A stretch of 64,000 nt of DNA, taken from positions 1-64,000 of the forward strand of contig CAWEHK010000004.1 of the NCBI GenBank assembly GCA_963808625.1. Direction: 5' to 3'. Each line of letters begins with the position of its first letter. Position 1 is the stretch's first letter. Of the stretch, positions 39,839 to 52,617 are shown piece after piece. The notes beneath the pieces were generated by a model. That model ran no database searches and was not told the DNA's origin. It worked only from the letters and a program-made list of their open reading frames with translations. The position numbers were made by a program, and so were the translations under genes. This stretch comes from an uncultured delta proteobacterium (GTDB lineage: Bacteria > Desulfobacterota > Syntrophobacteria > Syntrophobacterales > Syntrophobacteraceae).

Positions 39839-42103
39839 ATGAACGAACAGCATATTGCTTTTGTCGCCACCGAACTTCAGCTCCCGTCCCTTCAAGTCCA
39901 GGCCGCCGCCCGGCTCCTGGAAGAGGGGGCGACGATTCCCTTCATTGCCCGATACCGCAAGGAAGCTACCGGCTCCCTGGGTGAGACCGCCATCACGGCG
40001 ATTCGCGAGCGGCTCGGGCAGCTCGAGGCCCTCGATAAACGCCGGGAGACGGTCCTAAAATCCCTCGAAGACCAGGGGAAACTGACCGATGAGCTGAAGG
40101 CCAAGGTGCTCCAGGCTGAAACCCTGGCGGGATTGGAAGATCTTTATCTGCCCTTCCGGCCGAAGCGCCGAACCCGGGCCACCATTGCCAGGGAAAGAGG
40201 ACTGGAGCCCCTCGCTGACATGCTCTTACTCCAGAACGCCGCCACCGACCCGCCTGCCGAAGCCCAGCGCTTCATCAACCCGGAAATGGGAGTCGCTTCC
40301 GCCGAGGAGGCCCTTGCGGGCGCTCGCGATATCATCGCCGAACGGATTAACGAGAATCCCGAGGCACGGGCCAAGCTGCGAATGCTCTTCACCGATCGGG
40401 GAGTCATCCGCTCCCGGGTGATTTCGGGGAAAGAAAGCGAGGGCATCCAGTACCGCGACTATTACGAATGGGAAGAGCCTCTTCGGAAAGCCCCATCGCA
40501 CAGGATTCTAGCCGTGCGCCGCGGCGAGAAGGAGGGCTTTCTGAGCTTCCACATCACGCCGCCCGAAGATGACGCCGTTTCCATTCTTGAAGCGCTCTTC
40601 GTCAAGGGCGATTCAGCTGCCGCCCGGGAGGTCCGCGCTGCCGTCCAGGACGGCTACAAGAGGCTTCTTGCACCCTCCCTCGAAACCGAGGCGAAGCAAT
40701 GGTCGAAGGAGCGCGCCGACCATGAAGCCATCCTGATCTTTGGCGACAACCTCCGCCACCTCTTGATGGCGCCTCCTTTGGGCTCCAGGAAGTTCATGGC
40801 CATCGACCCGGGCTTTCGCACCGGGTGCAAAGTGGTCTGCCTCGATCGCCAGGGAAAACTCATCCACAACGAGACCATCTACCCGCATTCGGGGGCCCAG
40901 TCCTTAGCGAAAGCTGCTGAACGCATGGAGAAGCTTGCCGCCGATTTCGAAATTGAAGCCATCGCCATTGGCAACGGCACCGCCGGCAGAGAAACGGAAT
41001 CATTTGTCCGCAATCTCGAACTTCCGCAAGGCGTTCAGATCATTATGACGGATGAGAGCGGGGCCTCCGTCTATTCCGCTTCCAGCGCCGCCCGTGAGGA
41101 ATTTCCCGAGCATGACGTAACCGTTCGCGGCGCCATTTCCATCGGCAGACGCCTGATGGACCCCCTGGCAGAGCTGGTCAAAATTGATCCCAAGGCCATT
41201 GGGGTTGGTCAGTACCAGCACGACGTCGACCAGAACGCGCTGAAAAGAAGCCTGGACGACGCCGTCATGAGCTGTGTGAACGCGGTCGGCGTCGAAGTCA
41301 ACACCGCCAGCTCCCATCTCCTCGCCTATGTCTCGGGGCTGGGGCCGCAGCTCGCTAAAAATATCGTGACCTATCGGGATGAAAATGGCCCCTTTCCGTC
41401 ACGGGAGAAGCTGAAGAAAGTTCCCCGGCTTGGTCCCAAAGCCTTCGAGCAGGCCGCCGGCTTTTTGCGCATCCGCGAGGGATCGAACCCTCTCGATGCG
41501 AGCGCCGTTCACCCGGAAGCCTACCCCATCGTCGAGCACATGGCGCGGGATCTGGGCCGTGCGGTGAGCGAACTGCTGCGCGAGGCGACGCTCCGAAAGG
41601 CCATCGACCCCTCCCGCTACGTTACCGAAAAGGCCGGGCTCCCGACCCTCCACGATATCCTTGCCGAACTGGCCAAACCGGGCCGCGACCCGCGAAAGAC
41701 ATTCGAGGCCTTTTCCTTTTCACCGGGAATCGAAAAAATCGCGGACCTGAGACCCGGGATGAAGCTCCCAGGCATCGTAACCAACGTTACGGCATTCGGG
41801 GCGTTTGTGGACATCGGCGTCCACCGGGACGGCCTCGTCCACGTGAGCGAACTTTCCGACCACTTCGTCAGCGACCCCCGACAGGTGGTCCACGTTCACC
41901 AACAGGTCACCGTGACGGTTGTCGAGGTGGATCTGGAGCGCAGTCGCATCTCCCTTTCCATGAAGTCGTCTTCAACGCCCAAGGCCGAACAATCCAAAAG
42001 CGAGAAGCCGCCTTCAACCAAAGTCCGCCCTGAACAAAAGAAACATCCTGCCAATAGGACCGGATTCAATAATCCCTTTGAGGCAGCTTTAAAGAAGCCG
42101 TGA
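39839..42103 (+). CDS. tex: Tex RNA-binding transcription accessory protein
   Basis: TIPFIARYRKE, DPGFRTGCK, IGVGQYQHD, C-terminal S1 domain. Confidence 0.97.
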   Translation: MNEQHIAFVATELQLPSLQVQAAARLLEEGATIPFIARYRKEATGSLGETAITAIRERLGQLEALDKRRETVLKSLEDQGKLTDELKAKVLQAETLAGLEDLYLPFRPKRRTRATIARERGLEPLADMLLLQNAATDPPAEAQRFINPEMGVASAEEALAGARDIIAERINENPEARAKLRMLFTDRGVIRSRVISGKESEGIQYRDYYEWEEPLRKAPSHRILAVRRGEKEGFLSFHITPPEDDAVSILEALFVKGDSAAAREVRAAVQDGYKRLLAPSLETEAKQWSKERADHEAILIFGDNLRHLLMAPPLGSRKFMAIDPGFRTGCKVVCLDRQGKLIHNETIYPHSGAQSLAKAAERMEKLAADFEIEAIAIGNGTAGRETESFVRNLELPQGVQIIMTDESGASVYSASSAAREEFPEHDVTVRGAISIGRRLMDPLAELVKIDPKAIGVGQYQHDVDQNALKRSLDDAVMSCVNAVGVEVNTASSHLLAYVSGLGPQLAKNIVTYRDENGPFPSREKLKKVPRLGPKAFEQAAGFLRIREGSNPLDASAVHPEAYPIVEHMARDLGRAVSELLREATLRKAIDPSRYVTEKAGLPTLHDILAELAKPGRDPRKTFEAFSFSPGIEKIADLRPGMKLPGIVTNVTAFGAFVDIGVHRDGLVHVSELSDHFVSDPRQVVHVHQQVTVTVVEVDLERSRISLSMKSSSTPKAEQSKSEKPPSTKVRPEQKKHPANRTGFNNPFEAALKKP

Positions 42104-42389
42104 CACAGCAACGCCACAATGGGACTCCAAGAGGCTGCCTGAAGATTGTATTCTTGCATCTCGCTGAAGCGATGGATTTTACAGTACGGAATTGAGTATG
42201 GAATCAGGCTGGCTGAGCCACCATTTTGTCCCTGATGAGTCCTTGGTCGGCCGATTCTGAACCCTTTTGGCCTTTACAGTCATACAATCATCCTTTGGCA
42301 AAGTACGAAGGCCTGTAGTTTGAAAGGGAATGAATTTGGAAATGGGGCGTTGACTTTGAGTGACAATTGCGTATGCTATTGGGGGCGCA

Positions 42390-42702
42390 AATGGAGATCA
42401 AGACAATGAAATTTTTAAGTGTACGTGATTTGCGAGGCAAGTCGGGGCAGGTTTGGAAAGATCTGCCGAGGGAAAAAGAAATGGTCATCACCAGCAACGG
42501 GCGGCCCATCGCGATTCTCGCCGCGGTGAACGAATCAAACCTGGAAGAGGCCTTGTCGGCATTCCGGCAGGCGCGCGCCATCGAGGCGGTTGCGGCGCTT
42601 CAGCGCCGTTCGGTCGAACAGGGCACCGACTGCTTGCCGCCTGACGAAATCGATGCTGAAATCAAGGCCGTGCGCGACGAACGTAAGAAACGTATGAGAT
42701 GA
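42390..42702 (+). CDS. Phd/YefM-like antitoxin
   Basis: MKFLSVRDLR...VITSNGRPIAIL. Confidence 0.85.
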
Positions 42703-43136
42703 ACATTGTCCTCGACACCAACGTTCTCGTTGCCGGTCTTTTATCGCCGTTCGGGCCTTGCGCAGAGATTCTCCGCATGGTGTCGTCCGGGGTCCTGACC
42801 CCCTCTGTTGATGCCCGCATCCTGTCGGAGTACGATGAAGTTCTACGCCGCCCGAAATTCAGGTTTGAAGAAGACAAAGTCACTGCTCTCCTGGACCATA
42901 TCGAACACCGTGGACAAACGGTGGCCGCTGCGCCTCTCGCGCATCCCTTGCCTGACCCTGATGACGAACCTTTCCTGGAGGTGGCCATTACCGGTCAGGC
43001 AGCATGTCTGGTTACCGGAAATCAGGCTCATTTTCCTGCCAAGCTTTGTCACGGGGTTCAACTCCTTTCCCCTGCCGAGTTTTTGCGTTTCTACAAGAAA
43101 CGGCTCACCACAACTCGCCAAAACCTGCGGGAATGA
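42699..43136 (+). CDS. PIN_3-family toxin
   Basis: IVLDTNVLV, EYDEVLRRPKF, DPDDEPFLEVA, LVTGN. Confidence 0.9.
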   Translation: MNIVLDTNVLVAGLLSPFGPCAEILRMVSSGVLTPSVDARILSEYDEVLRRPKFRFEEDKVTALLDHIEHRGQTVAAAPLAHPLPDPDDEPFLEVAITGQAACLVTGNQAHFPAKLCHGVQLLSPAEFLRFYKKRLTTTRQNLRE

Positions 43137-43177
43137 CATGCCGAATTTCGGTCAACTGAATCTGCGCAGTTGTACTT

Positions 43178-43326
43178 AGCGCTTGTCAGAAAATAACTTG
43201 TTCTCATTTCGACCCTTTCTCAAACCACGAAGGGCACGAAGAACACGAAGTGATAAGTTGTTGACCCTCGTGACCTTCGTGATCTTCGTGGTAAAAGAAG
43301 GTGTCTTATTTTTGGACACCTCCTTA
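43178..43326. mobile_element. ~150-bp MITE-like element (related copies ~56757-56905 and ~58988-59133, the latter inverted)
   Basis: Termini gtccaaaaataa / ttatttttggac; internal accacgaag...cttcgtggt hairpin; conserved ctcatttcga. Confidence 0.8.
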
Positions 43327-43489
43327 GCCGCATGGGGTGGTGTGTTTTTTGCGAAAGCACCGGATTTTGAGGGTTGAAACCTTGACGAGAGAGAAATTTT
43401 AGGCTTGAAATGTTTTCTATTGTGGAGTTGCCGTTAACTCGATGGCTGCAGGAGCTATGCATCTTTAGTGAAAGGAACTCATCTGGACC

Positions 43490-44372
43490 ATGCTCGAGTC
43501 TTTGCCTGATCCCCTCCGCGGGGTTTTCTCCCTGGTTGTGGTTGCCGTGAATACGATTTTCTGGTGTTCGCTGCTGTTTTTGGTGGCGTCTGCTGAAGCT
43601 CGTTATCTCTATCAATGGTTGGCGCATTTTCTGTAGCAGATTATTGAATGCCCTCGGCCAGAACTGGATTGCCGTAAATAATTTGGGCTTGCGCTACACT
43701 AAAGACATTCACTGGGAGGTGGAAGGCATCGACACCCTGAATCCCAATAAGTGGTACCTGGTGGTAGCCAATCATCAGTCCTGGGTTGATATCGTTGTGC
43801 TACAAAAGGTCTTTCACGGCAAGGCCCCGATGCTGAAATTCTTCCTGAAAAGAGAACTGTTTTGGGTGCCGTTTCTGGGAATCGCATGGTGGGCGCTGGA
43901 TTTCCCCTTTATGCGGCGGTCGTCCTCGGTTCAGAAGGACTTCGAAACCGCCCGCAAGGCCTGTGAAAAATTCAAAGAGATCCCCACAACCGTCATGAAT
44001 TTCCTGGAAGGGACGCGATTCACCCGCGAAAAACAGCAAAAGCAGGATTCGCCCTTCACGCATCTGCTCAAACCCAAGGCTGCCGGCACCGCTATCGCGC
44101 TCGACACCATGAGGGAACGCCTGCACTCCATCCTGGATGTGACCATCGTCTATCCGGAAGGCGTTCCGGAAATTTGGGAGTTCCTTTGCAGTAAGTCCTT
44201 GACCGTCAAGGTGGTGGTAAGGGAGTTGCCGGTCACGAAGGAGCTGCTTGGGGATTATCTTTCCGACCGGGACTTTCGCCGCCGGTTTAATGACTGGTTG
44301 AATACCCTGTGGGCAGAAAAAGACAACTTAATCGAGACGATGCTCCAGCCCTCTGGTCCCTCGGTCAGGTAA
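43490..44372 (+). CDS. YihG-like acyltransferase (N-terminus frameshifted)
   Basis: ANHQSWVDI, KFFLKRELFWVP, NFLEGTRF, LLKPKA. Confidence 0.88.
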
Positions 44373-44635
44373 TCAGGTTTGTCGCCCCTTCAGCCGTCAG
44401 CCATCATACTCTGCATGCTCTTTCCGAAGAATGGCCAGCAGCCTGGTGCGTCTGGGCGAAACTTCGTGGGCGGGGTTGGTGGGCACGATAAAGCCGTGCC
44501 CACCCTACGATGTTTGAGGCTTTGAGGCAGAGTGTAGCGTGGGCACGTCTTTTTGTGCCCACGGGAACTGCGCAGGAACTTACGCCGACGTGCACTGGGG
44601 ACCCCACAAAAACCTGCGGTGAGAAGGTGAATGAA

Positions 44636-45572
44636 GTGGCTCTTAACCAGGGATTCGAGTATCGGGAGCAGGTCGACCATCGTGGTGTTGGACTTACGGT
44701 CCTCGCCTATCTGAGCCAAACCTATCGCCACTCTTCGGAGGAGCAATGGGAGCGGCGCCTCAGGAACGGTGACATCGCACTGGATGGTCTCAGGGCGCCA
44801 GCCGATGTTATTTTAAAACCTGGCCAATTGCTCGTTTGGCGACGCCCGCCCTGGGATGAGCCGGAAGTGCCGCTTGCCTATGCGGTGCTTCACGAAGACG
44901 AAGACCTGCTGGCGGTGGCCAAGCCCAGTGGGCTTCCGACCATCCCCGGCGGCGGGTTCCTCGAGCATACGCTCCTCACCCTGGTGCGAAAGCGCTGCCC
45001 TGAAGCCTCCCCCATCCATCGCCTCGGGCGTGGCACGTCGGGAGTGGTGCTCTTCGCCCGCACCGCACGGGCCCGGTCCATTCTTGGCGCAGCCATGCGG
45101 CGAAACGCCATGACCAAAGTCTACCTGGCCCTGGCCGGCGGCGTCCCGATCGAGGCCAGCTTTTGCATCGAAACGCCCATCGGGCCGGTGCCCCATCCGC
45201 GCCTGGGAACGCTCCATGCGGCCAGCCCCACGGGAAAGCGTGCCGCTAAGCAGGGTTCGGCTGGTGGAGCGGCGCGCCGATGCCTGCCTTCTGGAGGTCA
45301 CCATCGAGACCGGAAGACCCCACCAGGTCCGCATTCACCTCGCCGCCGCCGGACACCCGCTGGTCGGAGATCCGCTCTACACCATTGGAGGAGGATTCAG
45401 GGAGCGGGGACCGGCGCTTCCCGGAGACTGCGGCTATCTCCTCCATGCCGAGCGCCTTTGCCTGAGCCATCCGGCAACCGGATCACCCCTCACCATCTCG
45501 TGCTGCCCGCCCCCCGGGCTCAGGGCAGGCTTCGCCGTGGGTCCCGAAGAGTTGAAATCAACATGGCGCTGA
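44636..45572 (+). CDS. RluA-family pseudouridine synthase (frameshift near 45245)
   Basis: AKPSGLPT, IHRLGRGTSG, TGRPHQVRIHLA, LLHAERL. Confidence 0.9.
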
Positions 45573-47386
45573 TCAGCTTGCGAGACGTGAGTGTGAGCTT
45601 TGGGGGGCCGCTTTTGCTCGACCACGTGAATCTTCAGATCGAGCGCGGGGAGCGGGTGTGCCTTCTCGGCAGGAACGGGGCCGGCAAGTCTACCTTGATG
45701 CGGCTCATGCACGGCGATCTCATCCCGGATGAAGGCGAGATTGCGCGGCAACAGGGGCTGCGCATCGCTCTGCTCCCCCAGGAGGTCCCGCAGGGTCTGG
45801 ACGGTACCACTTTCGAAATTGTCGCCGGCGGCTTGGATGATGCGGCCATCACCCCGCCCGCCCCGGATGACGATGCGGAATGGCGCAGGCGCCGGCAGGT
45901 GGAAAAGACGCTCTCGCGCTTGCATCTGGAGCCTGATGCGCCGTTCGTCACGCTTTCCGCAGGGCTCAAACGCCGGGTGATGCTTGCCCGGGGCCTGGTG
46001 CGCGATCCCGATATTCTGCTGCTGGATGAGCCGACCAATCACCTCGACATCGAAGCCATCGGCTGGATGGAGGAGTTTCTCCTTCGTTACCGCGGCACGT
46101 TGCTCTTTGTCACCCATGACCGGATGTTTCTGCAGAAGCTCGCGACCCGCATCGTTGAGCTGGACCGAGGGAGCCTCATCGACTGGTCCTGCGATTATGC
46201 GAACTTCCTCAAGCGGAAGCAGGCGTGCTCTGGAGGCGGAAGCCGACCAGTGGGTTCAGTTTGACAAGAAGCTGGCGCGGGAAGAAGTCTGGATTCGGCA
46301 GGGGGTCAAGGCCAGGCGTACGCGCAACGAGGGTCGAGTGCGCGCGCTGGAAAGGCTGCGGGAGGCCCGGCGTGCGCCGGCGTGAGCGCACCGGGATCGG
46401 TGCGGATGCGTGCCCAGGAGGCTCGCCGTTCAGGGAAACTGGTCATCGAGGCGGAAGAGGTGAGCTTTCGGCTACAGCGGCGAGGCGCCGGTTATCCGTG
46501 ATTTCTCCACCCTCATCATGCGCGGCGACAAAGTTGGCATCATGGGTCCAAACGGTTCCGGCAAGACCACCCTGCTGCGCCTCCTGCTGGGGGAATTGCC
46601 GCCGCAGAAGGGCGGGCTGCGCCATGGCGTCCACCTGGAAGTGGCCTACTTCGACCAGCTCCGGGCGCAACTGGACGAGGACAAGTCGGTGCTGGAAAAT
46701 GTCGGCGAGGGAAACGACACCATCGTCTTCAATGGTAAGCCCCGCCACATCATCGGCTACCTGCAGGATTTCCTGTTTTCCCCGGAACGGGCCCGCTCCC
46801 CGGTTCGGATACTATCGGGCGGTGAACGGAACCGACTGCTGCTGGCGCGGCTGTTCACCAAGCCGTCCAACGTGCTGGTCATGGACGAACCGACCAACGA
46901 CCTCGATACCGAAACCCTGGAATTGCTGGAAGAGCTGCTCCTCGACTATCCGGGCACCGTGCTCCTGGTGAGCCACGACCGGGTCTTCCTCAACAATGTC
47001 GTGACCAGCACCCTTGTGCTGGAAGGTGACGGTCGTGTTGGCGAATATGTTGGGGGCTATGACGACTGGTTGCGTCAGCGCAGGCCGCCGGTTATCCGCG
47101 CCAGGTGCGGAAAAGCCCGCCGGCCCGAACGGCGAAGCAGCGTCCCCGCGCGAACGCCGCCAAACGTTGAGCTACAAGGAACAGCGCGAGCTCGAAGCGC
47201 TGCCGCCGGCCATTGAAACCCTTGAAGCAGAGCAGGCGCGGCTGTATGCAGCTCATGGCCGACCCATCCTTTTACCAGCGAGCCGGGGCCGAGATCGCCC
47301 AGGCCAAAGCTCGGCTCGCATCCCTGGAACAGGAGTTGGACGAAGCCTACGCACGCTGGGAGACCCTCGAGGCGCTCAATCGCTGA
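45563..47386 (+). CDS. uup: ABC-F ATPase Uup (several frameshifts)
   Basis: [57 protein letters not shown]. Confidence 0.9.
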
Positions 47387-47526
47387 GTCCCTGGGGGGGG
47401 GCCCCCCGAGAGGGCACACGATACACTGGTGGCGCTCTCATCCTGGCGTTTCTTCGTGTTCATTCGTGGATAGAAAGGACTTCGTGGATAACAAGAGAGC
47501 TCGTGGATTATCCTGGTGAAGCGGCG

Positions 47527-48660
47527 CTACGGCACCGAAAGATCGATGGGCTGAACCCGATCACCCTCGACGATGGCTTTCCCCGGGTTCAGAACCACCT
47601 TTTCTCCTTCCGTCAAACCCGCGCTCACATTGACCACCTTCCCGTCGCTTTCAGCAATGACGACCGGGCGGAAATTCACCCGGTTTTGATCAGTGAGAAC
47701 GCCGACGGTGGTCGTTTCCCCGCGAATCGCCAGGGCTTCCCCCGGGATTTGAACACCGGGTGGATTCCGCAAGGTCAGCGCAACGTTGACAAAGCTCCCG
47801 GCGACGATTCTCCCCCCCTCGTTGGCAACCTCCAGTTCCGTCAGGAGCGTCCGGGTCTTGGCGTCGAGTTCTCTGCTCGTGCGGCTCACCGTGGCGGGAA
47901 ACTTCGCTTCCGGCCGGGCCGCGTCGGAAATCTCGGCGCTGTCGCCCACCTGCACGAGACCGGCGTTTTTTTGATCCAGGTAGACGGAGACCCTCAACCG
48001 ATCAGACTGTGACAGCCCGAGCAGCGGCAGGGCCGTAGTCTGGGCCGTAGTCGCGCTCTGAATCAGGGCCCCCGGGTCTGCATACCGGGCGGACACCGTC
48101 CCCCGAAAGGGCGCACGAAGTATTTCGTAGTCCTTTTGGGATTGCAGCACGGCAGTGTTGGCCTCCGCCATCTGTGCTGCAGCTTCAGCCGCCTCGGCCG
48201 CCTGCTGCGAAGCGCCGCCCTGGGGGAGAAGCCTCCAGGCACGTTTGGCCTCCGCCCGCTTGTTCTTGGCATCAGCCAAAGCCGCATCGTATTGGCGGTC
48301 AATTTCAGGCGACTCGATAACGGCCAGGACCTGACCCTGAGTGACCGAATCGCCCTTGTCCACTCTGATTTCGCGAAGATATCCGCTGATTTTCGCGTAC
48401 AGCGTCACGTTGGCAAAGGGGCGTGCCTCCCCTACCAGTTCAATGCGTTTGGTGGCAGGGGCGCGTTTTGCTGCGACCACATGGGTGGCCGGACCCGCTT
48501 CGACAGAAGCCTGACGCTTCTCCTTTTCGGCCTGAACTTTGGCTCCCCGCATCCAGACCAAACCGCCAAGAAGGGCGGCCGCGGCCAAAACCGTAACCAC
48601 GCCGCCCAGGATGAAAAGAACTCCCCCTCGGCGCCGTTGCGCTAATGGGTCAGTGCTCAT
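47527..48660 (-). CDS. RND efflux periplasmic adaptor
   Basis: LYAKISGYL, LRAPFRG, TRTLLTE. Confidence 0.9.
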   Translation of the reverse strand: MSTDPLAQRRRGGVLFILGGVVTVLAAAALLGGLVWMRGAKVQAEKEKRQASVEAGPATHVVAAKRAPATKRIELVGEARPFANVTLYAKISGYLREIRVDKGDSVTQGQVLAVIESPEIDRQYDAALADAKNKRAEAKRAWRLLPQGGASQQAAEAAEAAAQMAEANTAVLQSQKDYEILRAPFRGTVSARYADPGALIQSATTAQTTALPLLGLSQSDRLRVSVYLDQKNAGLVQVGDSAEISDAARPEAKFPATVSRTSRELDAKTRTLLTELEVANEGGRIVAGSFVNVALTLRNPPGVQIPGEALAIRGETTTVGVLTDQNRVNFRPVVIAESDGKVVNVSAGLTEGEKVVLNPGKAIVEGDRVQPIDLSVP

Positions 48661-51600
48661 GAATCCCCTCCCGGCAGCTCATGGCCGCCCCTCTCGGCAA
48701 GGAACCGCTGGTCGAGCAAATACTTGGTCGGAACGTCTTTCCGCAGCAACGAATAGATCACCGGCACGACAAAGAGGGTGGCGACCGTCGCCATGAGCAG
48801 CCCACCGATTACCGCACGACCAAGGGGAGCATTCTGTTCGCTGGCTTCACCCATGGCCATGGCCATCGGGAGCATGCCCAGAGTCATCGCCAGAGCGGTC
48901 ATCAGGATTGGCCGCAAGCGCGTCTTCCCAGCCTCGAGCGCGGCCTCGCGGGCCGTCAGATTGCTCCGGACCCTCATATCGTTGGCGAAACTCACCAGCA
49001 GGATGGAATTTGCCGTGGCGATCCCGACGGCCATGATCGATCCCATGAGCGATTCCACATTGATCGTGGTGCCGGTCAGGGCCAGCCCCCAGAGAATCCC
49101 CACCAGGGCCCCGGGGACGGACATCATGATGATGAAGGGATCGAGCCAGGATTGGAAGAGCATGACCATCAGGAAATAGACGAGCAGGATCGAGAGGATG
49201 AGCCCCATCCCAAGGCTCCGAAAGGACTGTCTCATTACCTCATTTTGCCCGCGAACCTTGATGCGCGTCCCGGGAGGAAGCTGCCCGAGTTCAGCGATCT
49301 TCCTCTCCACATCCCTGGCAACCGAGCCCAGATCTCTTCCTTCGATGTTGGCATCGACCTCGATGATGCGTTGCACGGTGTAATGGTTGATATTTTCCGG
49401 GCTCACGCGATGATATGCCGAGGCCAGATTAGCCAGGGTCTGGGCCGGAGCGCGCGGCAGGTCGGTCGGCGGCGGAGGGGTTTCCGGTTGGAACAGGGCC
49501 GCGGCAGAGGGCGGCGTCACGGGGATCGAAAGCAGCCCCCACATCGAATCGACACGCTCCATGGGAATCTGCACCGCGACCGTGTAGTTGACGTTATTGG
49601 CGGGGTTCAGAAAAAATGATGGGGCCACGAGAACGCTGGAGGAGAGGGAAGTGAGCAGAGTGTTCGCCACATCCCGTTGGCTCATGCCCAGCATGGCGGC
49701 GCGCGAGCGGTCGACATCAACCTGAAGGGCAGGGTAATCCAGCACCTGGTTGATATGAACATCGGCCGCGCCCGGGACTTCCTGCACCGCACTCTGAAGC
49801 CGCCTGGCAAGGTCAAAGGAACGGTCGAGATCCATCCCTTCAATCTGGATGTTGATCGGCGAAGCCTGGCCGAAGTTCAAGACCTGGGTGACAATGTCAG
49901 CCGGTTCGAAATAGATGCTCGCGCCAGGGAATTTCCTTGCCAGGTAGCGGCGGAGATTCGCCCGGTATCCGACCGTTGGACGATGGCCTTTTTTGAGCGA
50001 GACGAGGAACTCGGCATCCATGCCACCCACGTTCTCGGTGGGTACGAATGCCAGGTTGTAGTAAACCGGCACTCCGATCATGCTATTGATTGTTTCGATA
50101 TCCTCCGGCGGTATCACATCCCGAATATGTTGCTCGATTTTGGCGACCATTTTTTCGGTCTCCTCGATGCGCGTCCCCGCCGGCGCACGAAAATGAAACT
50201 TCATCATGCCGGTATCGACAGCAGGAAAGAAATCGGTTCCCACGACCTCGATCAACCCTGAACTGATGAGGACGAAGATGCCTGCAATCACCAGGGTAAA
50301 AGTCCGGTGAGCGAGCACCTTTTCAAGCACCTGCCCATAAGTGTTCTGCAACCTCTCGAAGGCGCGCTCCCGTTTCTCATTCAAGCCGTGGAAAACGGCC
50401 CGCAACCCGCCGGGGCCGTCCGCGGGGCTGTCATTGCCGGACGCGTCGGCATGGTGTTCTTTTTCCATCAGGGCGCGTGCGAGCGTGGGAACAAGGGTGC
50501 GCGACAGCACATAGGATGCCAGCATGGCAATGACAACGGCCAGGGCGAGCGGGGTAAAGAGGTATTTGGCCGCGCCGTAGAGGAGCACCACGGGAAAAAA
50601 GACGATGCAAATAGCCAGCGTGGAGACGATGGCGGGCACGGCAATCTGGCTTGCGCCATCCAGAATTGCCACCGTCAAAGGCTTGCCCAGACCGCGATTG
50701 CGGTGGATGTTTTCGACTTCGACGGTGGCGTCGTCAACCAGCATCCCGATCGCCAGGGCGAGACCCCCAGGGTCATGATGTTGATGCTGTGACCCGCGAG
50801 GTTCAAACCGATAATCGAGCACAGTATGGCTAAAGGTATCGAAATACAGACAATCACCGTACTCCGCCAGCTGCCAAGAAAGATGAGGATCATCAAGGAA
50901 ACCAGAATGGAAGCCAGTATTGCCTCGCGGAGGACCCCTTCAATCGCCGCCCGCACAAAGATGGATTGATCGAAATCCACCTTGATTTCCAGCCCCTCGG
51001 GCGCCACCTCCTTGATCAGGGGCAGGACCTCGCGCGTGGCATCCACAACGGCCAGGGTCGAGGCGTCGGCATGCCGGAGGATGGCGAGGTAGGTGGCGCG
51101 CTTCCCATTCACCCGGACAATATTGGTTTGCGTTGCATAACTGTCAGAAACCTTTGCCACATCCCCCATGGTGACGAGCGCGCTCCCGACCGCCTTGATG
51201 GGTAGCGTGTTGAACTGTTCGACCGAACGCGGACTTGAGTTCATCAACACATTGTATTCGGTCTTCCCCATGCGCGCCGTACCGGCGGGAACAATGACGT
51301 TCGAGGACTGGAGGGCCGTGACCACGTCGGCCGGCGACAATCCTCTGGCATTCAGGGCAGCGGGGTCGACGTCGATCATGATCTGCCGAATCTTTCCCCC
51401 GAAGGGGGCGGGCGTAGAGAGCCCCGGGATGGTAAAGAGCCTCACCCGAACAAAGTAGAGCCCATAATCAAAGATCTCCTGTTCGGAAAGCTTCTCGCTC
51501 GAAAGGGTAAGTTGCGCGACCGGAACACTCGAGGCATCGAACTGGATGATGTTCGGAGGTTGTATGCCCGGCGGCATACTGCGCAGCACGGTGCTGGACG

Positions 51601-51934
51601 TTGCCGAGATCTGGGCGATGGCCGCCCCGATGTCGGCTCCCTCCTGGAAATAGATTTTGAGGAACCCGATCCCCGGGATGGATTGCGACTCGATCCGCTC
51701 GATCCCATTGACGGTGGTCGAGTAAGCCCGTTCGCTGAGGAGCACCACCCGCCTCTCCATATCCTCCGGAGACAGGCCGGGGTAGCTCCAGGTCACAACC
51801 ACCATGGGGATTCTGATCGCCGGAAAGATATCGACGATCATCCTGCTGGCGGAGAGGGTCCCCATGGTCAGGATGAGCAGCGCCATCACGGCCACCGTAT
51901 AGGGTCTACGCAGGGCTAGATAAACGATCCACAT
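48657..51934 (-). CDS. RND efflux permease (frameshift near 50765)
   Basis: MWIVYLALRRPYT, GMLVDDATVEVEN, RLRPILMTA. Confidence 0.93.
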
Positions 51935-51979
51935 GGGTTCCTCAGCTCACTCAGACGGCCTGAAAAACGGGATCATAGA

Positions 51980-52615
51980 TCACATGCCGGTGATGATTCT
52001 CCTGAACAGCTCAAGTTTCGAGTGTTTCCAATTCCACGCCCCGACTTTAGCGGCTTCTCCAATCTTTAGGCCAACGAAATCGCTCTTACCGGCGAGGTAG
52101 GCATGTACTTTGGTCTTATGCAGATGTCTCACCTCCTGCCCGCTGGCCTGGAGGCAGTCAACATACTGGTCAACACACACCAGAGTTACAGGATCTTCGA
52201 TGATCTCCAGACAGAGATCCTCCAGGGTGCCGGCACGCAGGCCTTTCTTGCCATCCGCATTCACGGCAAAACCAGGGAAAAGCATAAAAGCGACACGGGG
52301 TGCGCTGCCCGTAAACTCAAAAGGTTTGGCGGGAACAGGCAGTCCGGCGCTTTTAAAGGCACTGCCAACACTTTTAACGGCCGCCTCGGGATCTTGCTCA
52401 GCATCGCGCCCAATGACTATCGTCTCGACGTTTGCATAGCCTGATAAAAGGGGCAGTTGTTTCAAAAACAGGCGAAGTTTCTTGATTCCACCAAAGTCCA
52501 ACACTTGAATGCCGCTTGCTCCGAAGGCCTGGCAAGCCCAGATGTAAAAATAGTAGGCATCAGCACCTTCCACGAGCAGCAGCTTGGTTTCTTTGATCTC
52601 AATGGGAGGAGCCAC
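51980..52615 (-). CDS. DUF3226-like (TOPRIM-type) protein
   Basis: LLLVEGAD, DFGG, RDAE, GTLEDLC, KTKVHAYL. Confidence 0.75.
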   Translation of the reverse strand: MAPPIEIKETKLLLVEGADAYYFYIWACQAFGASGIQVLDFGGIKKLRLFLKQLPLLSGYANVETIVIGRDAEQDPEAAVKSVGSAFKSAGLPVPAKPFEFTGSAPRVAFMLFPGFAVNADGKKGLRAGTLEDLCLEIIEDPVTLVCVDQYVDCLQASGQEVRHLHKTKVHAYLAGKSDFVGLKIGEAAKVGAWNWKHSKLELFRRIITGM

Positions 52616-52617
52616 GA

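Noticed and set aside
44510..46264. RluA-Uup fusion ORF
   Set aside because: Frameshift near 45245; the RluA C-terminus is in ORF 45216-45572 and Uup starts at 45563.
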